64,000 nt of DNA, from positions 62,001-126,000 of the forward strand of contig CT868119.1 in assembly GCA_000165425.1 (NCBI GenBank), written 5' to 3'. Shown here piece after piece: positions 13,494 through 27,500 of the stretch; position 1 is the first letter of the stretch; each line of letters begins with the position of its first letter. A program made the position numbers and the translations under genes. The DNA is from Paramecium tetraurelia. Lineage: Eukaryota. A model generated the notes under the pieces. That model was given only the letters and a program-made list of their open reading frames with translations, was not told where the DNA came from and ran no database searches.

Positions 13494-13760
13494 ATGCAGA
13501 TTCATAATAAAATAGATATATTGCAACCTATTCCCTAAAAGAGGAAAATTATTGGAGTTCCATCAATTAAATATAATAATGCCGATCCCTTTAATTAAAT
13601 TTTGAAAGCTGCTTCGGCACCAGCTACTTTAGAATAAATGGAAACCATCAAGTAAGTCAATAAAAATAAAGATTATTCCAAAAATCCTGTTTTCTTGATA
13701 GATTATTCAATTACAGAAAATTAGAAAACTCTGTAAGAATAACTTGATGAAATTGATTGA
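13494..13760 (+). CDS. Small hypothetical protein (88 aa)
   Basis: ATG-to-TGA code-6 ORF MQIHNKIDILQPIPQKRK...QEQLDEID*. Confidence 0.5.
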
Positions 13761-13935
13761 TATTTGAATTTGTATTTGCATATTTAGCCCCTTATAAGAT
13801 GATTCAATTATAATCATAAATTTTGATTTTTATTCATAATCAATTAACTTATATATATATTCCATCTTTAAGTAATTTAAATATTCAAAAATCATTTTTG
13901 TAACCAATAATTAAATCAATCTTTAAAGAGTGAAT

Positions 13936-15448
13936 TCAGAAAGAAGTTGTAAAATAATGAGGGTTTGCCTTTAATTCTTTTAGACCAATTCTGATATCCT
14001 CATATTTAGTCAATTTTATTAAGTATTGCATCAATTCAACAAGTGCTCTATCTTTTTCATCTCCCACCCAAGCCTTTATTTTAATACCATTATGTGGCTA
14101 TAAAACAAAATTATATGGATTATTGTCAACTATGATCGTTTTTGAAAGGGGTCTCCCCAAAGTGCTTAAGTCTTTCAACATAACATTCCCTTATGAAAAC
14201 GTGTGATGTCGATACAACCTGTGCTTTACTACATTCATAACATCAATTTTGTCGATAATCCTTAAAATCAAATAATAAAGTACTTATCTGCATATGACTA
14301 GATTCCAGCTGTAAATATTACAATTTCAAAATGCTTCCCCATTTATTCTAGAAATATCTCTGTATATGGTCGAATTAAGACTTCTTGAGTTTCTTCTATA
14401 AAATGAACCAATGTTTCATCTAAGTCCAATACTAATGTATAAACAGTTGAACTTTTAGGTAGCAAAAATAAAAATCTTTCGAGATTGACTATGATCACTC
14501 TCAGCTTTTATTAGTAAAATTAAAATGCTGCATCAATTTATGAATCTCGATAAGCTTAAAGATGCTATTGAACTTATTTATCTTATGTATTCCTTCATAT
14601 TTTTGAACATGTACTTTAGCAATTTGTCTATATTTTATTCAATTAATAAATTCATCTTTTCAATTTGATTAGGAATGAGAGGATTCATACTTTGAAATTA
14701 CTGAAACTGATGCTAATATTGTTAAACACCTTTAATCTGCAATTTCAGAGTGGAGATTGTTTAAATAGTATTAGCTTAATGACTATAGATGAGTAGCTTT
14801 TCCCATTTATTCAGATCAATCCCTTAGAGTATTCCTCTCTTGATCATCAAATAGAAAACTAAACCTATGCATTCATTTATCATAAATCTCTTAAATTATC
14901 TGCAATGACCCTAATTAATTTGATTTTTATACTCCAATAATTTCAATTGTGGCAGATGAAATCTCTGAGATGTAATTATTTAAGGAACACGCATCAATTT
15001 GCTAAATAAGATTGATCAAATTGACCAATCTTGCTTGCATCTTTTAAAAATTAAAGTAGAGTTTCAATCTCAATCTTTCATTTTATCGATCAGGATGCAA
15101 TCTTGCGTCATCATCTGAAAATTACTATGTGTGTAGTGTTTCAACTCTTTTTCGATAAGATCCACAATTCCCTATCTCAGTAACTAATTTATCTCTATTC
15201 TAAGGCTTTTTTTATGAGTGAACAAAAAAACTATTAAATGAGGCAGGTTGTTAGTCATCAAAATGAAATGTGTTTGATATTGATAGAGATTCCTTTTTCT
15301 TTAATCTTCTTTTATTTCCAACATCTTGAACTTATCCCAATTCTTAATCCCTTTTATTCTTAATTTAGTTATTAAAGAAATTTAAACGATAAGGTGATTG
15401 ATTATTAGTCTTTTTATCATCAACTGATTTTAATTATTTTCGAAACAT
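13936..15448 (-). CDS. FCP1/SCP-type (NIF domain) CTD phosphatase family protein
   Basis: YTLVLDLDETLVH, IRPY, FEIVIFTA, HRLYRHH, KDLSTLGRPLSKTIIVDN; start approximate. Confidence 0.88.
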
Positions 15449-16020
15449 AAATAATTATTAATATATTCTTATCAACTGCCATTAACTATTCCTCTCCTAT
15501 TTTTTTATTCTTAATTTGCTTATATTACTGGTATTTTGATAAAATAAATGTATATTCTTAGACATATAAGTTACATATTTTCTAATATAGTAAATCATAA
15601 TAATCATTTAAGTCCCTCCTATATATCTCTCATGATAAGAGAATATTCTTATTGATTTGAGTTGGTGATGAGGCTTTGATTGCTATATCAGAAATTTCAC
15701 CTTAAATCCAATAAAGACTTTATTCAAATACTCAAACTCATAAGAAGAGCTTTATTATGAGACATTATTTGCTAGTCTTAGCACTTAATTCATTAAATAT
15801 AGTTTGACAAATTTTGAAACTTAATCTAATTGCAATCATGTTATTATAATATGAATCAATGCTACTAATTACTTTAAAAATCAGTCTGCATAATAGTAGA
15901 TTGATCACGTATAATGAATCTTTCTTCTTTTTGATTCTGACAGGTAGTTAACAGATTTATAGTTATTCTAACCCTTTTTTACTTTGTTTTAAGTTATTTA
16001 TTTTATTTGATATAATTAAT

Positions 16021-18729
16021 ATGTTTTAATCAAGTCATGAATTATTAAACCAATATATTAAACAATCACTTCAAGGACAGGATATTAAAAACATTGAATC
16101 AATCTTTTACGTTTTAGAAAAATTAGATAATCTAGTAATATAAGAATCAATTAAAAAAATTGAAAACTAAGAAGAATTTGTTAGTCTAAAGGTGCTTTTT
16201 CATCATAAAATAATTTTAATTACTTTTTTGTTTATCAAGAACAATAATACTGAAGAAATATTTGAACTTATTCCTTATCTTAATACTTTGAATCTTTAAT
16301 AGAGCTAGGTAATTATTTCAATTTTAGGCGGTTCATTAGGAATAATAATTGAAGAAGGTAGTTTTATTTCATTAAATTAAATGATTAGCAACAATCAAAT
16401 GAATTATGAAAAAATTAAATAATTAGCTTATGATTTAGTAGAATAATTAGCAATTTTACATTAATAAAATATATGCTTATTCAATTTTTCTTTAAACGAT
16501 GTTTATATGAATTTAGAATCAAACAAGTTTTTAATTAAATTTAGTCTTGATCTATTAAGAGTTTAATCTGATTAATTCATATTTAATTATTCACAAAATG
16601 TTTACATGGATTCAAATTTCCCTATACCTGAACTAATTCAATTAGATCTTTAAGCAAAATAATTTAAAATCCTGAACCCCTTTTTGATAGATTCTTGGAA
16701 CCTAGGAGTTTTAATCCTAAACACTTTTATGAAAATAAACCAAGAGACATCTACTGACTTAAAGCATTTATTGGAAAAATACTTTTTAAATGTCTGTGGC
16801 ATTGATTATATTCTAATGAGTGGAAATTATTATAAAAATTAAAATGATTTATAGTTTCTACTATAGGAAAATAATAGATGCTCAATTTTATAATTCATAA
16901 AATTAATCAATTGCACCAAATTGCTAAAATTATGTGAAACTAATATTGATGGTTCTGATGAATTTATAAATTTGGCTAACTGTTGTGAAACTATCAAGAA
17001 ATAATATTTGAAAGGTAAACTCTTAAAAATAAAATCTATAAATCAGCATATGATTAACTTAGAATTCATAGAAGATTTAAATTAAAATTAGTTACCTATT
17101 CATAATTAAATCTAACTAACTCTTGGATAATTAATAATCAATTCTTAAATTGTAAGAGTCATTCCTCACATTCAGATATTTCACAACACAAATAAATTAA
17201 TCATGGATTCACACTTAACCGATGAAAAATTAATATAGATAATCATGATATTTCAAGATTTATAAATATATTCTATTGATACAGAATCTCTCCTTTTATT
17301 TCTTTAATTTCAAAATATTAACTTTAAAAAAATTCTTAAGTTATAAAAGCAATTCTAATTTGAAATACATAATTTGATATTTTATGATAATCCGAACAGC
17401 CAAAACTCATTGGATGAATTACTTCATTTTTTCAATAATTTCAACCTAAATCGCCTTGAAATTAGATAAGAGTAAATTCCATTTAATTAGAATGAATAAT
17501 TCGCCTAAAATATTTTTAATAAAATGAATCTGGATTAAATTAGAGTTCTAATTTTGAGTAACACATATCTAACTGATCAAACCCTATAAATTATCTCAAC
17601 TTTTTCTTCATTATCAAACCTTAACCTATCGAAGTGTTAGTGCTTATCTACTCAAGGACTTTGCGCATTTTTTAAATAGTCTTAATTTTGTAATCTAGTC
17701 ACTTTAGATATAAGTAAAACAAAATCTGATGAAACAGTTTTTGATGCTGTATGGAAAAATAAATCTTATATTGCATTAACTAGTGTCAATATTAGTGATT
17801 GTTCTTTCATCAATTTGACTTTGATAACACAAACAATTGCCTAAATCAATGCTAAATAGGAAAAAGTGTAAGAATTATATATGTCAGGTTGCGATTTAAA
17901 CAACTCTGTATTAACAGCTTTACAGCAAATAACCTTTTTAAATTGTTTGGATCTATCAAATAATCCCAAACTAAATTAATTTCATAGCCTAAAAAGAGAT
18001 AACAAATATAATTATTTAAATTTAGAATAATGCGAAATGAAATCACAAGACATTATATACATTCTGAATTTAGAGTGTTTAATAAAATCAAAATTATTAA
18101 TGTCTTCTCGTTAGAATACCTCCATTTATAATATATAAATCAATTAACGGTCCATCTCCCTAACAAACTTTTAGGTCAAAAACATTCAAATAGATTAAGA
18201 TGTTTCTGAAATCAAATTTATTAATGTAGTCCTGGGTTAGAAAAGAGTATTTCTCTCATTAGAATTCAATAAATTAAGCATATTACAATTACAAAACTGT
18301 TAAATTGATGATAAAGATGTCAGTATTTTAAGTTAAAATCTATCTTTAAACTAGTTATAGGAATTAAATCTGAATTAGAACAATCTAAGTGATAGCTCAT
18401 TGATTACAGTTTTATCTACATTTAAATAGCTGATTAATCTAGGCTTTGATAATTCTAAAATTACCAAGAATTCAATTTAATATATAATTGCTTCTAATTT
18501 GAAAATTCTAAGCATTAGATTTTGTCTTATGCTGTAAGCAGAAGATATATTGAGTTTGCTAACTAATTTAGATAATCAAATAGAACATCTAAATCTAAGT
18601 TATAATAAAATCAATAGTGCTTTAAAACAATATCTATAAAATGAAAAATTAAATTTTACAATAATATTTGATTAAAGTGATAGTGAGAATGTTTAAACAG
18701 AATAGCATATTCAATCATTCAATAGTTGA
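16021..18729 (+). CDS. Degenerate protein-kinase domain fused to RNI-like/cysteine-containing LRRs (902 aa, apparently intronless)
   Basis: Uninterrupted 2709-nt code-6 ORF; LAILHQQNICLFNFSLNDVY, PIPE, IDSWNLGVLIL; LRRs such as LSNLNLSKCQCLSTQGL, LQELNLNQNNLSDSSL. Confidence 0.8.
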
Positions 18730-19318
18730 GAATAAACTAACTCTTAAATTTGAAATTTATCAAATCTAAAATATTAGAAATTATTATTTAATTCTTGAAA
18801 TTACTTATTTTTAATATAATACTTTTATTTTTAGAAAAAAAAGTATTAATCTAAGAATAAAATTTAAACATATTTGAAATATTAATTTAAGGATCTTGTA
18901 TATCATTCTTTGCTTTAATTATAAGGATTATATAATAGAAAATATTTCAAGTTAATTTTTCTTATATATTTATTTACAAAAATTATAAACCAGATAATAT
19001 CAAATCCGTCTTTCAAGATTTTTATATTTTTAATTTAGAAATTAAGATTATTATATATATATAAAGTTTTTTTTTATTTAAATCAAAAGTTATCTCATTA
19101 AATAAAGTCATTCTATTGAACAATTATAGAAATTCAAGCTACATATTATTGATAATTTTTGTAATAATTTATCAAAATTAAAAATGTGATGAATTATTAT
19201 CTTAAGCAATATAGATAAGCAACAAAATACTAAAAATCATAGATAGATATTTTTTTTTGATAAAATAAAGTCCAAAAGAAATTTATCAAGTTTAATAAAT
19301 ACAATTAAATATAAATAT

Positions 19319-20078
19319 ATGTCTTATTAATTTGGAGGAAGCTAACTTTAGACTTAGAGCGTACCAAATGCAAAATATAAAACTATGTTGTGCAGACATT
19401 ATTTAGGTATAGATTTGACTATGAAAAGCTACTAAATAATGTGCTATTGGAGCTAAATGTCAATTTGCTCATGGTACGTCAGAGCAAAGATAAATGAATG
19501 GTATTAATTATAGCAATTATAATCAGATCCTTTACCTGCATCTGCTTTATCAGCCATGACAAGTGGAATTGAACAACCTATCAGCAAACCTTAATCATCT
19601 GTATTTTAAAATATAATTTGAAGAATTTAAATTCAGTTCCTTGTAAATATCATGCTTAAAATTATTGCAAAAATGGATCCAATTGTCAATATATGCATGG
19701 TATTCATCTTAAAATAAACTAGATCCTGATACTGCTTTACAAGCAAATACAATCAATTTATAATAAATTTCAGTGATCGCATCCCCGCCTCCCTAACCCA
19801 AGCAGGAGGACCCAATATAAATAGTTTTTTAGCATATTTTAATTGAAATGCAATAGATATTTCTACAAGATGTGAGTTATATATATAAAGTATAGGAAAT
19901 AATATAAAAATTAAAGATAGCCTTTGATTAAACTAAAATAGGAAATCTTATTAATGCTTCTGAGTGTATAAAAAGTATTATTCATGCTCCAGAACGCACA
20001 CATGAGGAAATACTTAAATATACAAATCTCTATAATTAGGCAATAATGTATTTTAATCAAATCTCATAAGTGAATTGA
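19319..20078 (+). CDS. CCCH zinc-finger RNA-binding protein (two fingers)
   Basis: KYKTMLCRHYLATKQCAIGAKCQFAHG and VPCKYHAQNYCKNGSNCQYMH; five short introns. Confidence 0.9.
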
Positions 20079-20124
20079 ATAAGATAATAAAGAAATAATA
20101 TAATTGTAAGTAAATTACAAGATA

Positions 20125-22005
20125 TCACATTCTCATGGTCTTTTGCAATTTCTAGGCCAAATTTTCATTTTCTTTTTTGAAGGTTTTTGGCAGATAGGAG
20201 ACTGAAAACTATTGGCTCTTCTCTTACATCACATTATGATCTAAGTCTCTGACTAACATATCAACTTTTTCTTTGTTCATTTCTATTTGTTTTTGGCAAT
20301 TTCTTAAAGTATTTCTTAGAACTTCAATTTCTCTTCTTTTCTCAATCATTTCATTCATGTTTAATTTATTCTCATTAATTTATATTTTAAGATCTTATTC
20401 TTTTATTTCCAACTTGCTTTTTATATCTATTTCATCACAGTATTGATCATTTACCTTCTATTAGATCTCTTAAATTTGTTCAATAGTTTTTGAGGTGGTT
20501 TCATTGCCAATCAGGATGACTAACCTAAAGATATAAATCAATAATTATTACTTATTCATGATTTCTTTCAAAAATAGACTATCATAATGTTACTTTTTAA
20601 ATTTACTTTCATATATTTTCTATTAATGTTATTCCTCCTAATATTATTTTTGATATAACTAATTCTATTCAATTTAAAAGGATAATTTGTCTTTTAAATC
20701 TTTAATTTCATTTTGCTATGCTTGATTAACTTCTTCCAAATTCTTTATCATTTTGTCATAACAATTCATTTGCTAATCATTTAGGGTTCTATTTATAAGT
20801 ACATTAACTAATTCTTCTTTTTCTTGTTTATTTTGATCATCATTGCTAATTTAGATTTAATAATTACAATTTCAAATAGTTTTACTATTGGTTACTAATA
20901 ATTTCATATTAACTAATGGTTTATTCTAATTAAACAGTCATCTATTCTAAAGATTCTATTTGCAATGTCATATTTTTCATCTTTATATTATCAGAATGAA
21001 TCTATTTCACATCAAAGGTGAGTTGTTCAAATAATGAGATTATCAAACTACTCAATCGATCAATACTCTGCCAAATTGATAAACTATATAAATAATAAAT
21101 AATTACTCTCTTTAGGTAATAAATCCTTTGATGATGTCTTTTAATTCATTAGAAAACTTGTATTGATATTCTGATTTTTGTAATTCGTAATCATATTCTC
21201 TTACAAATTGGGATATTGTCTATAGAACTTATTCAATGATTTCAACTACTTGGGAGTCACTCTAAGTTTCTAATCTTTTGTCCAGATCATTTTATAACTA
21301 TTCGATTAAAACCTTCATGTTTTCATTTTCTTACTGTTATTTGATGTGTCTTCTTTGAAGTTCGTCATATTCTTGTTATATTTAAGTGTATTGTTTAGAT
21401 TGACATTATTACTCTTATTTAGAAATTTGAGATTTAGTTGCTTGCAATTTCAATTGATCCTTAGCATCCTTTAATTGTAAGTTTAAACTAGAGATTTGTT
21501 AATGTTGTTAATCCAATTTCAATTCATATTCTTTTAACTATTCCTGTTGTTCAATAACTCTATCACTATTAAGTTATTAAACAGCTTCGTTATTAAGTAC
21601 TCTTTATTGGAGAAGAACATTTTCCTTTTTAAGACCATCAATTATCTTTTAATAATGTTCATATTGTTCAAATTAAGTCATCTATTATCCTTTCCTTAGA
21701 TCTGCTAATTCTTTATTGAGTTAACGAATTTGTTTATTCTTGTCCTCTAACATAAAATCGTTAGATTGCTAAGAAGTGTAATGCATTCGTTGAGAATCGT
21801 ATTGATCATCCTTATTACTAAGGAATTAACTGTGAAATCCTGAAACCGCATTAACATTATAAGATCCAAGATGAACTTCTTCTTCATCCTTTCCATACAT
21901 CATTTTTAGATTGCTCTAGATGTTCTGCATACACTCCTCTAAGTTCGAATTGCTATTCTCTCTGCTTTGACTGGTTTTGCTCATCTGATCACCAATACGG
22001 TACAT
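20125..22005 (-). CDS. Long coiled-coil protein
   Basis: Q/E/K/L heptad-rich code-6 ORF with short introns, ends KLQKTMRM*. Confidence 0.75.
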
Positions 22006-22315
22006 TTTGAATTTAATATTAAAAATTTTAATTTCTAATTCATTATGTTATTAAAGATAGAGTAGTAATATATCATAAGAGAACAATAAATTTACGTTAC
22101 AAATACAAATCTAAATTACAGCTTTCCTATCAATTAAGGATGTCAATTTTTGTTAAATTTCAGTTCTTAAAATTTTACGTTGATATGAATTATATCTAAA
22201 TTACTTATGATTCTAAAATCAGAATCTCGAAAGATGATTTATTTAATGTTTTTAAATAACAATCTTTAATAAAACTTATCTATAATGAATGTTTAATTAT
22301 TTGATTTAATTTAAA

Positions 22316-23173
22316 ATGAGTATTTTGAGAAGAATTTCTGAAAATAGAAGAATATCAGATGTGTATAATTATTGTAGTAATATGTGATAGTTCGAGAGCT
22401 TCAACGGTGATAAACTTTTATTAACCATTTACGGATAGAAAATTATAACGTATTTTGATATTGGAGTATCTGGGAACAACGTTATTCGGTATTGGATTGC
22501 AGTCAGCCAAAGATGATTTCTAAATATAATTAGTGATATTCTTTTGTAAGCATTAATGATGATTAGAAAACAGCGATGCTATTTTCTGCGAGACATAGTG
22601 GAGCTCATTATCATATAGCTGTGACATTGATATTAATGTTTAGACCTCATTATCCCATCAATAGATTCAGAGGAGTGTTACAAATTATTGTCGGAATACT
22701 GGGGTTTATGACCGGGGCATATTTCGGGTATCATATGTTGAATAGTTTGTTACTTATTAACAGGTCACATCTCCAGTCCGAGACTCCAAAGTCATGAGCA
22801 GAGTTGGATCTATTCCGATTTGTGCGGAGAGATATTAGCAACCACATCCTTCTAGTTCATGAATGTATTGTTATTTGAAAGAAAAACAGCTGTTTTTAAG
22901 ACTCCAGTATATAATACTATATTGTTAACATTGGCAATATATTATTCACGAAAATTGTCACCCCATTCTGGTGGGTGTATGAACCCTACCATTGCAATCG
23001 GGATGAATCTTGCAGTTGCTTATGTGGAGAATAGAAGCGACATTTTGAGGAATGATTTGTGGGTATTTGTGGCTGGGCCTCTCTTTGGATCACTCATAGT
23101 CTTTATCTTGTATTATTGCATAATTCAACCGAATAATAAGTTATGCAATAAGTTTAAAAGCATGGGCATTTGA
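22316..23173 (+). CDS. Atypical aquaporin (MIP family); loop motifs HIA / NPT
   Basis: LEYLGT, SGAHYHIAVTL, DLCGE, SGGCMNPTIAIG, LWVFVAGPLFGS; introns of 28, 28 and 19 nt. Confidence 0.88.
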
Positions 23174-23238
23174 TACATTTAAATATATATATGTGAATGT
23201 CCAAATTAATTTAATAAATATATTAACTAACCATAAAA

Positions 23239-24715
23239 ATGTATAAGAATTTAACATCATTGATCTAAAGACCACTGTCATTTCTTTTTAATAGAACAAT
23301 CAGATCATTAGTATACTCAGGTATGTTATGGAAATACTTTTAAATTAGATTAAAAAACAAAAAGAAAAAGTAAGAAGCAATCTGGTCTTTCTGCTCTTGA
23401 TGAATTATTATTTAGGTACACTAAACCTGATTAATAATTTCTTGATGCAAAATATGGCTTCAATGCTTAATTTGTAGTTTATGAAACCAATTCTAATTAT
23501 TGTGATCTCTCCAAATCATATTCTGGCGAGAATGATGAAAGATATCAAAGTAATTACAAGAGCATAGTTTTGCCGTTGATTATGATATATGGATGCCATC
23601 TTTATATGAATGATGAAACCAAGTGCTTCTTTGGATCTTCATCTTTAAAAAAGAATCAATTAGAATAAAGAGTTGTACTGCTCCAGTATGCAGCAAACAA
23701 CCCAATTGAGGATAGATACAAAGTAAGTCAGCTGAAGAATATCAATGGTTATGTAGTAAGTGTTTTTGATGGCCATGGAGGTTGGTAATTAGCAGAACTC
23801 GCCATGAATATATTGCACGAGAAAATCGATCAATATGTTCTGAGAAATCAAGAGAAAATATTGAATCAGGACGATCTCATCTAGTAAAGTATATCACAAG
23901 CCTATTCCGATGTGGAAGAAGAATTTTATAAGGTGGCATTACAAGCCTATAATATGGGATTCCCATCAGTCGCCAGAGTGGGAAGTTGTGCACTCACTGC
24001 AATTGTTGTCGGAAACAAGGTCTACAGTGCAAATCTGGGAGATAGCAAAGGAATTATTGTAAATGTCAATAATAAAAGTAAATTAATTATTCACCATTTA
24101 TAGCCAACGAAAAATCCTATAAGAAAATTAATCATACGTTAAATGCCAACTCAAAGAAAGAATAAAGAAGATTGAAATCAGTCTTTTCCGACGATGACAT
24201 AGTTGTTTGCAAAAGCGGAAATAAGAGTTGCTATGTCAAAGGCAGACTCTAACCTACTAGATCCTTGGGAGACTTTAGGTTAAAATTCCAAGAGTTCAAC
24301 AACCCCAAAAATGTAGCAGAAGATAAAGGATATTTGAAATCCATCACCAACTTCAAAGGACCATACATTAGTGTATCTAATTTAATCTATTTTTAGTCCA
24401 CACCAGATCAGCAGGTATTTGAAATTTAAAAAGGAGATAGATATCTAGTCTTAGGCTCTGATGGATTATGGGATGAATTAACCAAGTCAGAAATATCAAA
24501 GGTAGCTAATTTAAAATTATTAAAATTAGATTGTCCAAAAAAATTAACATAACAAAGACGAAATCATTAAACAAATTTTTGAAGAATCCCTGTCTCATGC
24601 AGCCAAGTCCAATAAAATGTCTGATGAAGATATCAGGAAGATTCCCTTAGGCAAAAGAAGAAAGTTGCATGATGATATCACTGTTATTGTAGTCGATCTT
24701 TAGGGTTAAGTTTGA
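23239..24715 (+). CDS. PP2C-family phosphatase, pyruvate dehydrogenase phosphatase-like (probably mitochondrial)
   Basis: AANNPIEDR, VFDGHGG, GSCAL, ANLGDS, VKGRLQPTRSLGD, LGSDGLWD, RRKLHDDITVIVV; basic N-terminal presequence-like region. Confidence 0.9.
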
Positions 24716-24754
24716 GAAATTTCATAATTTAATGATATATTTTGTTTATCTAAA

Positions 24755-25435
24755 TCAATATTTCTATTATTAATATTGCTGTTGATTTTGGTATTAGGGT
24801 TGTTATTGCTACTATTGTATCTGTTGAAATTGCATATCTAAGTATTATATGAGTCTATACTTGAGGGTTGTAGATCTTGCAGTTTTAAGGCTTCTTCTTT
24901 CTTTAGCTATTGCATCATCTAATCAACTGCCATGTTGGTTTAAAAATCATTAGAGTTCTTATTCATCATTGAATCCATCACCTTCCCTTAGACCATAATG
25001 TCATCTAAGGCCCTGTCAAATTGATTTATATTTTAATATAATTATTCAATTGACATGTTATTTGTATACTATTACATAATTGGTGTAACAACATTCAATT
25101 ATTGCATCATCTATAATACTTTTAAACTTCATAAATACATCAGCATTGGCTTGAGCACTTTTTACTTGTGATTCCACAAATTAAATCTTCGTTGCCATTT
25201 TTTGTAAATTTTCACTCTCTTATTTCTTCGCCATAGCTGTTTATAAAAATAGCTTAGCTCCTTCTTCATTATTTTTTTTTAAAGCCTCCTTAGCCTTTGC
25301 AACATTCTTATCCTATTCTTTTAAACTTCTCTTTGATTCAGATTCAAGACGTTTCCATGTCATTCTTAGGTCTAACTAAATATCCATTGGATCTCTTGGT
25401 TAAACAGGTGCAGCCTTCGAGTTTGGTTATCCCAT
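24755..25435 (-). CDS. ESCRT-III Snf7-family protein, CHMP1/Did2-like
   Basis: LDLRMTWKRLESESKRSLKEQ...ALKKNNEEGAKLFLQTAMAKKQESENLQKMATKI resembles CHMP1 helices 1-2; VDQMMQQL. Confidence 0.75.
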
Positions 25436-25870
25436 TATTTTTTATAATTAATATTAACAATTATCATGTTTTTCATCTTAAAAATGAGGTAAATAATAAC
25501 AGAAATTTAATTATTCTACATTTCTTTATGGAACATATCATCAAAAAATTATTTAATTATCTAATGAAAAGTTTAGATCTAAACATATTAGTATGCAAAT
25601 TTTATGAGATTATTAAATCCTATATTATACAATTATCCATAACTCTACCTAGATCTTAAATAATTTCTTCGTTATATATAAATCTCATTCCTTTAAATAA
25701 AGGCTACTCTTAATAAAATGATACCTTCCGTTCATTTAAACTTAAAATAAATATATTACACTTTTAAAGTCTAAAATCCATTTAAATTTTTAATAAACAG
25801 AGGCAAAGTTCATCAAATATTAGAAGAGAGACAGAAATTATTTTATTATAGATATATAATATAATTATTT

Positions 25871-26350
25871 TCACTTATTTAATTATCTTTTGTATTCATC
25901 ATTTTCTTTTTGTAATCTTTGAATTATTTCCTTTAACATTTAATTTTCTTCCATTAATTAAGGATCCAATTAGGTTTGTTATAGCTACTCTCTCTAAAGT
26001 TTGACAATTGTATGCAAATCTTAATTTTCTTTCTTCAACTATTTTATTTCCTCTTGATAATCATATCCATTCTTAAGTAGTATTTTAAACGGACTTTCAT
26101 ACCTAGAGTGATTTTTAGTAATAATCTATTGATTAAAGTAATTTGAGGTAATCTTAGGTCTAGAAGTATCAAATGGCTGCGGAGAATAATGAAAACTTGC
26201 AGATTTTAAATTAATGATGTTTCTTTAATGAGATTTATTTGGAGTGCCAACAGTTGAATGTTATGAAGAATGCTTAATATTAGATGGAGTTTAAAAATTG
26301 GCAGTTTTGTAGCCACTGCTTGGAGATAGCAAAGGACTTGATGTTCTCAT
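25871..26350 (-). CDS. Small S/P-rich plus coiled-coil hypothetical protein
   Basis: Code-6 ORF MRTSSPLLSP...EIKQLKKENQDL...QLNK*. Confidence 0.65.
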
Positions 26351-26404
26351 TTAAATCCAATATTGAATAAAATTTATTTCATTATTGTTTATGAGAAATG
26401 ATTT

Positions 26405-27268
26405 TCATAAATTCATTTCTAACATTTCCCGTTTGATCTTCTCAACCACCTTCTCTACCAATTGTACAAGAGTCTCTTCTGTCTTTTCTCTTTCTGTTCT
26501 GGTCTTTTTCAAAGCCTCAGTTATTCTACCTGATATTTCTCTTAAACTTTCAACAATTTCCTCCTCCTTAATTTCTCTTTCCTTCTTCTCTCTATAATAA
26601 TAATATAATCTTATGTTTACCTATCAAAAGCCTCTTTTAGATCTTATAATTGTTGTAAAAATTGTATTTAGATCTTCCCCTCTACTTCTTTCCTCTCTCC
26701 AATTTCGTTTTATAATTCATCAGCCAATTTTGGAAGATCTTCATTTATATATGCATCCACAAATTAATACGACTCAGATTAAGCCTAAATATTGTTATAT
26801 TTTGTTACAAGTCCTTCCTTGACTACTTCGCCTTATAAATTATCTACCTGCTATCCAATCTAATAAACAATTTTTCGCTCTTATTCCACTCTATCTTTTG
26901 AGTTCTATTCAATTAACTTACGAGCATGTCTTTCCAAATCAGTTAGTAGCTTTTAGGTTTCCGCTTCCTATCTTAGACGACTATAATTGATAATTATAAT
27001 ATAATACTCTTCCTGTTCTTACTCTAAAAATTCACCTAGTTATCTCATCCTTGAGGCAAGATAATTGAATTTTTCCTCTTTTTATTCAGAATTGTGTTGT
27101 AATTATGCTTCAAAAGCCATAATGAGTTACGAGATGTTATGAAACCTACTGTTCTTCCTAAAATAAAAGAAATGATTAAAATCATTACTCATCTTGGACA
27201 CTAGTCGAGATGTTATCTAATTTTTCGAATATTGCTTAGACTCTCCCTTTAACATTGGATTCAGACAT
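26405..27268 (-). CDS. SF-assemblin / beta-giardin family striated-fibre (kinetodesmal) protein
   Basis: Segmented coiled coil ending EREKTEETLVQLVEKVVEKIKREML, typical of the SF-assemblin C-terminus. Confidence 0.75.
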
Positions 27269-27500
27269 TTTTGATATAATTTTATTATCAATAAAAATTT
27301 ATTTCTTTTTATCCTTTATTTTGATTCAAAAGCAGAGTTTTAAAGAATAATAATTGCAGTTTAAGTAATTGTTCAAATTAATTATTCTAACCCTTCAATG
27401 ATTCAGAGATAAATAGGATAGATACTGATTTTGTATTTATATCTTCGATAATATGTTAATATACAATTATAAAAATAAAAAGTAACATTTAATAATTTGA

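Noticed and set aside
16309..16327. Intron-like GTAATTATTTCAATTTTAG in the pseudokinase-LRR gene
   Set aside because: The ORF is open without it; splicing would require an upstream frame blocked by TGA at 16263.
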